The notes under the pieces: model-generated
The model's input: the letters and a program-made list of their open reading frames with translations, nothing else
What the model was told of the DNA's origin: nothing
Database searches by the model: none
Program-made: the position numbers and the translations under genes
Part shown: positions 17,371-24,405 of the stretch, piece after piece
Position numbering within the stretch: position 1 is the stretch's first letter
Layout of the letters: each line of letters opens with the position of its first letter
Virus record (IMG/VR): IMGVR_UViG_3300038520_002765
Span: 1-24,476 of that record
Reading direction: 5' to 3' (one strand)
Source of the DNA: a virus
Lineage: Duplodnaviria; Caudoviricetes
Length of the DNA stretch: 24,476 bases

Positions 17371-18036
17371 TTATGGTGATGGAGATTCCACTTTCAATCT
17401 TGGTACTCCATCTGTAAATTCGCCTCTTCTTCTTCTGCCCATTTGTTGAACAGCAAAAGCTTGCATACTTTCATCATACCTTTGTCTGTAGAGGTTGTAA
17501 AGATCAGCGGGTCCTTTTAAGAAACCATAACATTCTACTAAAACACCATATAATAACAATGCCTCTTGATTAGTAGATAAAAAAGTATTTGTTGAGCTAT
17601 CAAAATGAGGTGGATCTTTTATGTAATTAATCTGCACAGTAGCAGCCGTAGCTGGATTAGGAGCTACAAGAATAACTGCACCAGTTTGAACATTGTCCTC
17701 CCAATTAGCGTAATACTTTGGAGTTCCTTGTGCCTCACTTGGATTAAACTCTGAAATAAAACTAGTATCTCTTTTTTCTAAAAAAACTCTAGTGCCTCCA
17801 TCTATTACTTGCACTGATCTTAAAATTAATAAATCAGAAGGTAAGGAGACATAACGATTACCTATTGTAAAATTTGAAGTTGCATATTTTCTTAAATCAT
17901 CATAATCAACTTTTCCTGCTATGTCTAATTCAGTATTTCTAATAAACTGATCTAAAATTGTATCTGATAAAACATTACTATCTACTTCAGTGTAGTTTCT
18001 TACTTGTGTTAAAAAATTTGTATGTGTTATAGCCAT
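17371..18036 (-). CDS. Head-tail adaptor / tail tubular protein A-like
   Basis: 221 aa: helical N-terminus, YVSLPSD, GTPKYYA, LVAPNP, LLLYGVLVE helical C-terminus. Confidence 0.65.
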   Translation of the reverse strand: MAITHTNFLTQVRNYTEVDSNVLSDTILDQFIRNTELDIAGKVDYDDLRKYATSNFTIGNRYVSLPSDLLILRSVQVIDGGTRVFLEKRDTSFISEFNPSEAQGTPKYYANWEDNVQTGAVILVAPNPATAATVQINYIKDPPHFDSSTNTFLSTNQEALLLYGVLVECYGFLKGPADLYNLYRQRYDESMQAFAVQQMGRRRRGEFTDGVPRLKVESPSP

Positions 18037-18494
18037 TATGAGATACTCACTGTTATGTTTCCTAAAATTGCTGATGCTTCTCTTCTTCTATTTTGTAAAG
18101 CAGGGTCTCTAGCTTGCATAGAGGATAGCTCGGTTGTTACACCATTACTAGTAACCTCTGTGTTAAAAGTTTGAAAAGCAAAATCTCCTGGTAAAGTTAA
18201 ATTTGCCACCTGTACCGTAGCCCCTCCAGAACTTGCGATTGTATTATCACTAGGAGCAAAAGTTGGATTTAAAGCTGACATTACTTGAGGTTGTTGAAAC
18301 TTTTGAGATCTTGTATTTTGTAAAGCTATAGCATCAGCTTTGTGATATGGTGGATCTAATTGTGGATGTTTAGCCTCAAATTCAGAAATATGAACCAATG
18401 AACCATTCCATTCTTTTACCATCTCTGTATATGGAAAAGCTTGTCCTGATCTATCTGATATAGCTTTTGATCTTTTTCCTCGTGCGTAAGGCAT
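18036..18494 (-). CDS. Conserved phage protein between the adaptor genes
   Basis: AISDRSG..FPY..MVKEWNG..V...EFEAKHPQL N-terminal motif; TAATG-coupled on both sides. Confidence 0.7.
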   Translation of the reverse strand: MPYARGKRSKAISDRSGQAFPYTEMVKEWNGSLVHISEFEAKHPQLDPPYHKADAIALQNTRSQKFQQPQVMSALNPTFAPSDNTIASSGGATVQVANLTLPGDFAFQTFNTEVTSNGVTTELSSMQARDPALQNRRREASAILGNITVSIS

Positions 18495-19189
18495 TATACT
18501 CCATCTCCAAAATATGTTTGAGGTGAAATGTAAACAGAAGTTCTTTGACCATCTTCTGTTAGTGCTCTTTGAAGTTCATCCTCATATACTAATCTTAATG
18601 TTTGTATTCTATCCGGAGCTTTTTTCATTGATAGAAAATAAGCTAAACCTGAACACATGCATGGTAAAAATCTATACACAACATCAGCTTGATTAGTGTA
18701 TATACCAGCGTCTTGAATCCTATCAACTGAATAAAACTTTAAGGTTGTAAATGTACTAGCATCAGGAGCTAAGTATAAAAAAATTTGTGGTGTTGTTTGT
18801 CTGTCAACAAAATATTGAGACGGTTGTCCTGTCTGTAATTTATTAGGAAGTGCTGCATAAGCAGATCTATCAATTTTAGTTAATGAGACATCGTTAGTAG
18901 ATGATGTGTTCTGTGCAGCAGCAGTTGTTGAAATATAAGCTTCTAATACATCGCTAACACTTTGATTTACAGAATACTGTGCAGTTCCCGCTACTAAAGC
19001 TATTTCATTCAAAGATACTTTCCAAATGTGCACCCCTCTGTTACCCCACTCAGAAAATAATAAATTTAAACTTCTTCTCGCTGATCTTAAATCTCGGCCA
19101 CTATTTGTTCTTATCCCGCATCTCTCGTATGCTTCCTCGATGATATCATCGATATTTAAATCGAATGCTGAAGTTCCTGAAGTAGCCAT
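18494..19189 (-). CDS. Head-tail adaptor / connector protein (P22 gp4 / T7 gp11-like)
   Basis: MATSGT..F.L.IDDIIEEAYERCG, ARRSLNLLFSEWGNRG, G.PSQYFVDR, RFLPCMCSGLAY motifs. Confidence 0.7.
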   Translation of the reverse strand: MATSGTSAFDLNIDDIIEEAYERCGIRTNSGRDLRSARRSLNLLFSEWGNRGVHIWKVSLNEIALVAGTAQYSVNQSVSDVLEAYISTTAAAQNTSSTNDVSLTKIDRSAYAALPNKLQTGQPSQYFVDRQTTPQIFLYLAPDASTFTTLKFYSVDRIQDAGIYTNQADVVYRFLPCMCSGLAYFLSMKKAPDRIQTLRLVYEDELQRALTEDGQRTSVYISPQTYFGDGV

Positions 19190-19195
19190 AATTCA

Positions 19196-19723
19196 TTACA
19201 TTAAGTCTTTATAATATTCTAAAGACTTTCCTGGTATTAATTGTTCATCTTGCAAACCTGCTCCTGAAGTTCTAGCAGCTCCATATCCTCTTACGGATTT
19301 ACCCATTGAAGCTTTTAGCATTTTTCCTTTTTTTGCAAAACCCATTTGTCGAGTTACATCAGGTCTCTCTGCTTTTAGCTGTCTTAAACCCTCTCCTTTA
19401 GGACCCTCTGGTATTGGTTTCAGTGCCATATTTCCTCCTCTATATCCTTGTGCTTTTAATCTTTTTGTTGCTTCTTTCAATCCACCACCTGCTGCTTTTA
19501 GAACAGTGCCTAAAGTTTTAGCTTGAGCAGCATGTAATTTAGAAGCTTTTTCTAAAGCTCCTTTAACTTCTTTTACTTTCATCATCTTTCCTTTAGATGC
19601 TTTTTCTACACCTTTTATAGTGCCTTTATTTTTAGAAGCATAAAAAACTTCCTCACCTTTTTTTGGGCCATATTGCTCTTTCATGGATTTCATTATCTCT
19701 TTACCTTTTTTTGTTAATGGCAT
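19196..19723 (-). CDS. Basic modular protein with repeated K-x-x-G[GK] linkers (putative head cargo)
   Basis: Start moved to MPLTKKG at 19723 because AAGGAGGA lies 7 nt upstream; 175 aa, Lys/Gly/Met-rich, ends YYKDLM. Confidence 0.75.
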   Translation of the reverse strand: MPLTKKGKEIMKSMKEQYGPKKGEEVFYASKNKGTIKGVEKASKGKMMKVKEVKGALEKASKLHAAQAKTLGTVLKAAGGGLKEATKRLKAQGYRGGNMALKPIPEGPKGEGLRQLKAERPDVTRQMGFAKKGKMLKASMGKSVRGYGAARTSGAGLQDEQLIPGKSLEYYKDLM

Positions 19724-20447
19724 AATTAAATCCTCCTTTACTGTAAGATATCGCTCCACCTTTTCTTTTTGGTTTTGCATAATCCATCATAGATTCAAAA
19801 CCCACATCTTTGTATTTTTTTCCTTTGTAAAAATCTCTTTCTCTTTTAACTGCCTTAGCATCTCTTTTTTTTACACCAGCTCCTATTACTATTGATGCTG
19901 CTCCTATAGGTGTGACTGCTCTTGCAAATCTAGCAGCCTTCATAAATTTAGCAGTTCTTCCTGTTACTAGAGCTTTTCCAGTTTTAGTCAAATTTCTTAG
20001 TCGGTCTGTTTTACCTCTTACATCTCCAATTGCTTTATCAAGTTTTGCTAAAGAAAGAGAACCTGGTTTTGCTGGTGGTGGAGAACCAGGTAAAAGAGGT
20101 TTAGTTACTGATGGACCTTTTTTCATTATCTCACCAGCTCTTTTAATTTTTTCTCCAATAGCTCCTAATAAATCTTTACTTTTTTTAACAGCTTTTCCTA
20201 ATCCCTGATCTGTTTTAGATATTAAATTTTTTGTGTAGTCTGACATTTTAGGGGCTACACTTACACCTTCACTAGCTTTAATTACTCCGCCAATCTTGTT
20301 ACCTTTTTTTCCTGATTTCATAACTCCTTTAAAATCTTTCACTTTTAGTCCACTACCGTATACACCACTAGGAAATAAATCAAAAATTTTAGTTTGCTTA
20401 TTTACTAATATAGGTCTCTTCTTGTCTGTTCTTTTAGATTTGCTCAT
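19701..20447 (-). CDS. Basic Lys-rich hypothetical protein with GG motifs and one hydrophobic segment
   Basis: 248 aa: KIGGVIKASEG, AVTPIGAASIVIGAGV, KRKGGAISYSKGG; ATGA-coupled to the upstream gene. Confidence 0.7.
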   Translation of the reverse strand: MSKSKRTDKKRPILVNKQTKIFDLFPSGVYGSGLKVKDFKGVMKSGKKGNKIGGVIKASEGVSVAPKMSDYTKNLISKTDQGLGKAVKKSKDLLGAIGEKIKRAGEIMKKGPSVTKPLLPGSPPPAKPGSLSLAKLDKAIGDVRGKTDRLRNLTKTGKALVTGRTAKFMKAARFARAVTPIGAASIVIGAGVKKRDAKAVKRERDFYKGKKYKDVGFESMMDYAKPKRKGGAISYSKGGFNYAINKKR

Positions 20448-21016
20448 ACGTCGATCATACCACCATAATATTTCTTAGTAAATGTCTTCACATTTGTTGG
20501 CTTAGGTCCCACATTGGCAGCGGCCCGTTTCCTGGCAACAGCAGACTTTCTCTGACTTTCCGTCATTCGTCTTGCTTTCGCTAGAGGCACGCATTTTGGA
20601 TACGCCCTCTTTCTGTCCTTCTCCAATTTGGAACGGCCACAAGGAGCGAAAGAACCATCTTTTCGCTTGCTCCCAATATCTACCCATTTTTGTTTGAACC
20701 ATTCTTTAAGCCCTCCCTTTTTAAAACTTTTTTGAAAAGTAAAACCTATATTTTTACTTTTACCTTGTTTTGTTCCTTCTATTCCGAATACTGAACTTTT
20801 ACCTTCTTTTGTAATATTTAAACCTAAAATACTATTTATATTTTCTTTATCAATTTTACTAAAAGGTTTTTCTCCTCTAACTCCAACAGTAACACCTTTT
20901 TTCTTAATATTTAAATCAACGCTCGGAGATGTAATAAATTCATCATCATAAACTTTTATACCTCCTCCTACTGTTGTGCCTTTTAAATAATCAGGTAATA
21001 TTTTTTTCTTTCCCAT
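20444..21016 (-). CDS. Two-domain protein: beta-strand-rich N-domain plus DUF5872-like basic C-domain
   Basis: C-half GLKEWFKQKWVDI...PCGRS...YPKCVP..KA..MT...RK resembles DUF5872-type phage proteins (recall); halves joined by FKKGG. Confidence 0.7.
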   Translation of the reverse strand: MGKKKILPDYLKGTTVGGGIKVYDDEFITSPSVDLNIKKKGVTVGVRGEKPFSKIDKENINSILGLNITKEGKSSVFGIEGTKQGKSKNIGFTFQKSFKKGGLKEWFKQKWVDIGSKRKDGSFAPCGRSKLEKDRKRAYPKCVPLAKARRMTESQRKSAVARKRAAANVGPKPTNVKTFTKKYYGGMIDV

Positions 21017-21321
21017 TACTCTATAAGATCTTTGTAGTAATTTGCTAAACTTGGATTTGAAACTTCCTGACCTGCTAAATTACCTTTTATATAACTTCCA
21101 TCATAAGGTTGCATTTTTGATGCAAAAGTTCCTGTTGTAGCTTTTATCATTTTACCTTTAGCTGCAGGTTTAGGTCCTCTAAAATCTTTTCTCTTAACGC
21201 CAGAGGGATCTTTAATCTTACCTGCACATATTTTAGATGCATAGGCATTAGCATAGGCGCTAGGGTACACCTTAAATTTAGCCTTTGCTGCTCTTTTACC
21301 TCTTGGACAAAGTTTAGTCAT
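21016..21321 (-). CDS. Basic small protein with YPSAYAN motif
   Basis: KLCPRGK.AAK.KFKVYPSAYANAYASKICAG; AGGAGA SD; ends YYKDLIE. Confidence 0.8.
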   Translation of the reverse strand: MTKLCPRGKRAAKAKFKVYPSAYANAYASKICAGKIKDPSGVKRKDFRGPKPAAKGKMIKATTGTFASKMQPYDGSYIKGNLAGQEVSNPSLANYYKDLIE

Positions 21322-21517
21322 TATACTCTCCTGTCAAATTTTGTGCGGCCGCATTGAGAGAGATAATCTTCTCCTTTTTACGGTTGTACAACTTTTTAGA
21401 TTGTATCACTTTCTGCTTGAGGTTGCTAGACCTTAAACTTTTTGCTATTGGATTTGAATTTAGGGTTGGTTTTTTGCTTGATGGCTTTGATAACTCTACG
21501 CTTTTTTTCTTTTTCAT
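21314..21517 (-). CDS. Small basic hypothetical protein (NPIAK..R...KLYNRKK type)
   Basis: 67 aa; GAGG SD 8 nt upstream of ATG; stop overlaps the start region of the next gene. Confidence 0.6.
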   Translation of the reverse strand: MKKKKSVELSKPSSKKPTLNSNPIAKSLRSSNLKQKVIQSKKLYNRKKEKIISLNAAAQNLTGEYND

Positions 21518-21578
21518 CTCTAGCGCCTCTCATTTTGCCTTCAATTTGTTTAGGTATAGATCCTCTTGTAATAGCCAT
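21426..21578 (-). CDS. Small basic protein, 50 aa (missed by ORF track)
   Basis: MAITRGSIPKQIEGKMRGARDEKEKKRRVIKAIKQKTNPKFKSNSKKFKV; ATG 1 nt after the endolysin stop. Confidence 0.65.
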   Translation of the reverse strand: MAITRGSIPKQIEGKMRGARDEKEKKRRVIKAIKQKTNPKFKSNSKKFKV

Positions 21579-21579
21579 A

Positions 21580-22050
21580 TTATTCTAACCAAGGTTTATA
21601 AATAACCTTACCATCTTCTCTAAAAGCACGCAATGATTGATTTCTATTTGAGTTAGTCGAATATGAACAATGTATCCAGCCCGACGTAGGTTCGTTGTCT
21701 CGATAAAATTCTAATATGAGCTGATCATATTCTAGCTCATTCTTAATGTACAAAGCTAGTTCCCTATTGTCTACACCTGGTATCTCAAAGTCTGCAGCGG
21801 CTGCACCATCATCAGCCACATGTTGACTGTTTACACTGCTACCAATTTCTAGGCAAAGCTGAGCACATCGGAAACCTGATGAAATAATTAAAGGTTTGTC
21901 ATAATGTGATCGAACTGGTTGTAGTATATTAATTGCTAGTTCTTTTAAATTCTCAATTTGTTGTGGACTAGGGTTATTGTTAATTCCCTTACGCTCTGCC
22001 ACCTGGCTTTTAGTAAGCTCGTCCAAAGTTATGTTAGCTGTTAGTTTCAT
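21580..22050 (-). CDS. Peptidase M15 (Zn D-Ala-D-Ala carboxypeptidase-like) endolysin
   Basis: IISSGFRC..L...IGS...SQH...AADF...YDQLILEF...WIHCSY: SxH...D...H zinc ligands. Confidence 0.9.
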   Translation of the reverse strand: MKLTANITLDELTKSQVAERKGINNNPSPQQIENLKELAINILQPVRSHYDKPLIISSGFRCAQLCLEIGSSVNSQHVADDGAAAADFEIPGVDNRELALYIKNELEYDQLILEFYRDNEPTSGWIHCSYSTNSNRNQSLRAFREDGKVIYKPWLE

Positions 22051-22553
22051 ATGTAATTGATATTTATATTAAACCTACATTTTTGGTTTGTGCAAGAGGT
22101 GCTATTGTGTAAAGTTTGTCCATCAAAAAATAGTGCTCGATTCTCTACAGATTTTATCATTTCTCCACCCTCTAATTTTGTATACCCATCACAAGTGTTT
22201 AAACTCAAAAGTAAAACTCTGTTAGGATAATCAAAATCTTTATGTGATAGATGATTTTCTAACTCCTTTGTTCTAGGATAACAATTTAATTTTGCACGAG
22301 CAAGTCCTTTAGGATTCAATTTTTTTATTAGTTTTTCGCTAAAAACTTCATAAAATTCACTATTTGGTTTTTTATTTTCAAACAAAATATGAGAAAAATA
22401 AAAATATGGCTCTTCAATATCTTCATAAGCGCAGTTTTTATTAAAGTACCAAGGCACTTTATTATCAAAAACAATATCCTGTAAAACTTTAAAATCTTGT
22501 TTTGGTAAATAATTATCTATTATTTTAAAATTTTTATTAATCGACATAAACAA
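22047..22553 (-). CDS. 2OG-Fe(II) oxygenase-like protein
   Basis: IIDNYL, RAKLNCY, SHKD, LNTCDGYT, ENRALFFDG..LHNSTSC...RFNININY. Confidence 0.8.
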   Translation of the reverse strand: MFMSINKNFKIIDNYLPKQDFKVLQDIVFDNKVPWYFNKNCAYEDIEEPYFYFSHILFENKKPNSEFYEVFSEKLIKKLNPKGLARAKLNCYPRTKELENHLSHKDFDYPNRVLLLSLNTCDGYTKLEGGEMIKSVENRALFFDGQTLHNSTSCTNQKCRFNININYI

Positions 22554-23013
22554 AATTTATTAACACACGCCTATTTTCATCAGTGCATGTTGATCCTGTG
22601 TGTAAAATATTTGATTTAAATATGACAATCGAGTTTGCTCTACTGTAAATTTTTTTATCTCCTATTCTACAATAACCATTATTTTCATTTATAAAATATA
22701 CAGCTGAAGTAAATCTTTCATCTCTCGTATCAGTATGTTCGCCTGTTTCAATAACTTCTTTTGTTTTTAAATTTAAATTAGCTTTTATCTTACCCACACT
22801 TTTTGGATTAAGTTTATTTACTAAAGGTAAAATAAGAGGATAAGTTTCTCTTGCCATATTGTTCCAAAAGAAAACATGTGTAAATTGACTTACTTGTGGG
22901 GCAGGAGGATCTATACAATATTCGTTATAGGTCCACGGAAAATCTTGTGAAAAAATCACGTTTTTAAGATGATTATAATTTTTTTGATCTAAAAAATCGT
23001 TAATTATCTTCAT
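22537..23013 (-). CDS. 2OG-Fe(II) oxygenase-like protein, paralogue of 22047-22553
   Basis: IINDFL, KIKANL, EHTD, INENNGYC, ANSIVIF...LHTGSTC...RVLINF. Confidence 0.8.
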   Translation of the reverse strand: MKIINDFLDQKNYNHLKNVIFSQDFPWTYNEYCIDPPAPQVSQFTHVFFWNNMARETYPLILPLVNKLNPKSVGKIKANLNLKTKEVIETGEHTDTRDERFTSAVYFINENNGYCRIGDKKIYSRANSIVIFKSNILHTGSTCTDENRRVLINFVYVD

Positions 23014-23656
23014 CTTTGTTTTCTTCTATTTGGTAGAAGAATTTATCAGAATCTTCTGTAGTCCACTCTTTATTTTCGACTGTCCAGTAAGTGTTTTGTA
23101 CTTTATAGTCTGGCCAAGATTTATCAGTAGTATAGTTAGAAACGCTCCACAAGATACGATTATTAGGCTGAGCAGCATAATTACCGTTATCAAGTTCCAG
23201 TATATGTGCACACTTATGTTCTTGAGGTATTTCAGAATGTTCAGTATCAATTTCATTAACTTCAGGTGTCCCCCAATCTATTGTAAATAAATATTCTCCC
23301 TTATAAAATTTCTTGTCTTTGCCAAGAAATTTACCTCTCATTCCTCCTAAAAAATCAAATTCAGTAACACTAGGATAATAACTAAAACAATTCCACAGTT
23401 CCAACTCGTCAACCGACATATCGGGCACTTGGGCTCTATGAAACGATTTTTGGAAAAACGCTGAGATAGGCAAACGCCAGTAGCACGCACCGTTTGGTAA
23501 AAGGCAGTGAAATAAGAGGGATTTTCCCGTAAGACTCGCCATACCAAAGATAACACAATCAAGACTTTCTTTTTTATATTTAGGATCCAAATCATATAAA
23601 TATTCTTTTTTTACTTTAGCATAAATTGTTGGAATGTTAACATTCAAGTAAGCCAT
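23000..23656 (-). CDS. Conserved hypothetical phage protein
   Basis: 218 aa: MAYLNVNIP, GACYWRLPISAF, LELWNCFSY, GEYLFTIDW, EHKCAH, GNYAAQPNNRI; function unknown. Confidence 0.8.
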   Translation of the reverse strand: MAYLNVNIPTIYAKVKKEYLYDLDPKYKKESLDCVIFGMASLTGKSLLFHCLLPNGACYWRLPISAFFQKSFHRAQVPDMSVDELELWNCFSYYPSVTEFDFLGGMRGKFLGKDKKFYKGEYLFTIDWGTPEVNEIDTEHSEIPQEHKCAHILELDNGNYAAQPNNRILWSVSNYTTDKSWPDYKVQNTYWTVENKEWTTEDSDKFFYQIEENKDEDN

Positions 23657-23658
23657 AA

Positions 23659-24039
23659 TTAATCTATTACGTTTAAACCAGTTTCTCTGTTTAAGTATTT
23701 ATATTCAATTTTATGTATATCAAAATCTTTCATTATTTTATTACATATATCTTTTTCATCAAAATCACCACAAGAATAAACGTCCATTTGCATCAAAGCT
23801 GGTTTAGGCTCATCCCATATATGCATTGCAATATGTGAAGTTTCTATTATTGCTACAGCAGTTATCCCTCGATTGCCTTGCATTTGACAATATTTCACAT
23901 ACGGCCCCATAAATACTTTCATATTAATGGATTCTATAAACCTCGTCATCCATTCTTTTAATTGTTCTTCATCAGTTGGTGGTTTACTTGCCTCAGCTCT
24001 AATAATTAAATGTTTGTGGACAAGTAAATTTTTTTTCAT
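23659..24039 (-). CDS. speD: Pyruvoyl-dependent decarboxylase proenzyme, AdoMetDC (SpeD class 1b) homologue
   Basis: HKHLII, GITAVAIIETSHIAMHIW, MDVYSCGDFD align with the GxTxxxxLxESHxxxHTW...DxxxCG signature. Substrate uncertain. Confidence 0.85.
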   Translation of the reverse strand: MKKNLLVHKHLIIRAEASKPPTDEEQLKEWMTRFIESINMKVFMGPYVKYCQMQGNRGITAVAIIETSHIAMHIWDEPKPALMQMDVYSCGDFDEKDICNKIMKDFDIHKIEYKYLNRETGLNVID

Positions 24040-24254
24040 ATTACGTTTGCTTTTTGTTCTTTACACGTAAATTTAACTATAATGTTCATTTCATTTACAA
24101 TATCCTTACCAAGATCTTTTAAAATTTTTTGAGATTCCATATAGCCTTCTTGTAAACAATCATATGAAGTATTAAAGTGTTTTTGTAAAACCGCAGGAGG
24201 ATAACAGGTGCTCTGAACCTGTGAGCAAATAATCATTACTAGTAGATATTTCAT
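24036..24254 (-). CDS. Small four-Cys protein with hydrophobic N-terminus
   Basis: 72 aa, MKYLLVMIICS...C...DCL..G...KFTC; coupled on both sides. Confidence 0.7.
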   Translation of the reverse strand: MKYLLVMIICSQVQSTCYPPAVLQKHFNTSYDCLQEGYMESQKILKDLGKDIVNEMNIIVKFTCKEQKANVI

Positions 24255-24349
24255 TTATCATTGAGTCCATAATAAATTACTACACATAATAAAATAAATG
24301 CTATGATTGTGTTTATTGGTAAGAAAGGTTCAACAGCGTAATTTTCCAT
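24251..24349 (-). CDS. 32-aa single-pass membrane peptide (missed by ORF track)
   Basis: MENYAVEPFLPINTIIAFILLCVVIYYGLNDK; TAATG overlap upstream, ATGA downstream. Confidence 0.65.
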   Translation of the reverse strand: MENYAVEPFLPINTIIAFILLCVVIYYGLNDK

Positions 24350-24405
24350 TATTCAGATATCCCCATAATCCATAAAATTAAAAATATATAACAAATAGGT
24401 TCCAT
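24349..24405 (-). CDS. 18-aa hydrophobic micro-peptide (missed by ORF track)
   Basis: MEPICYIFLILWIMGISE; TAATG overlaps at both ends. Confidence 0.55.
   Translation of the reverse strand: MEPICYIFLILWIMGISE

Noticed and set aside
19724-19780. N-terminal extension of the 194-aa ORF-track call
   Set aside because: Deep overlap with the upstream gene; the strong SD points to the ATG at 19723.
21320-21337. Perfect TTGACA and TATAAT hexamers on the minus strand
   Set aside because: Only 6 nt apart, with the SD between them and TATAAT overlapping the ATG; incompatible with sigma70 spacing.
21344-21353. 10-bp GC palindrome TGCGGCCGCA (NotI site) in AT-rich DNA
   Set aside because: Single copy, explainable as Ala-Ala-Ala codons, no vector sequence nearby; worth revisiting only if conserved in relatives.
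5752-23290. Other short plus-strand ORFs (5752, 7375, 13400, 16985, 18514, 19026, 19683, 19912, 20296, 21354, 23030)
   Set aside because: All lie antisense to well-supported minus-strand genes and show no recognisable motifs.
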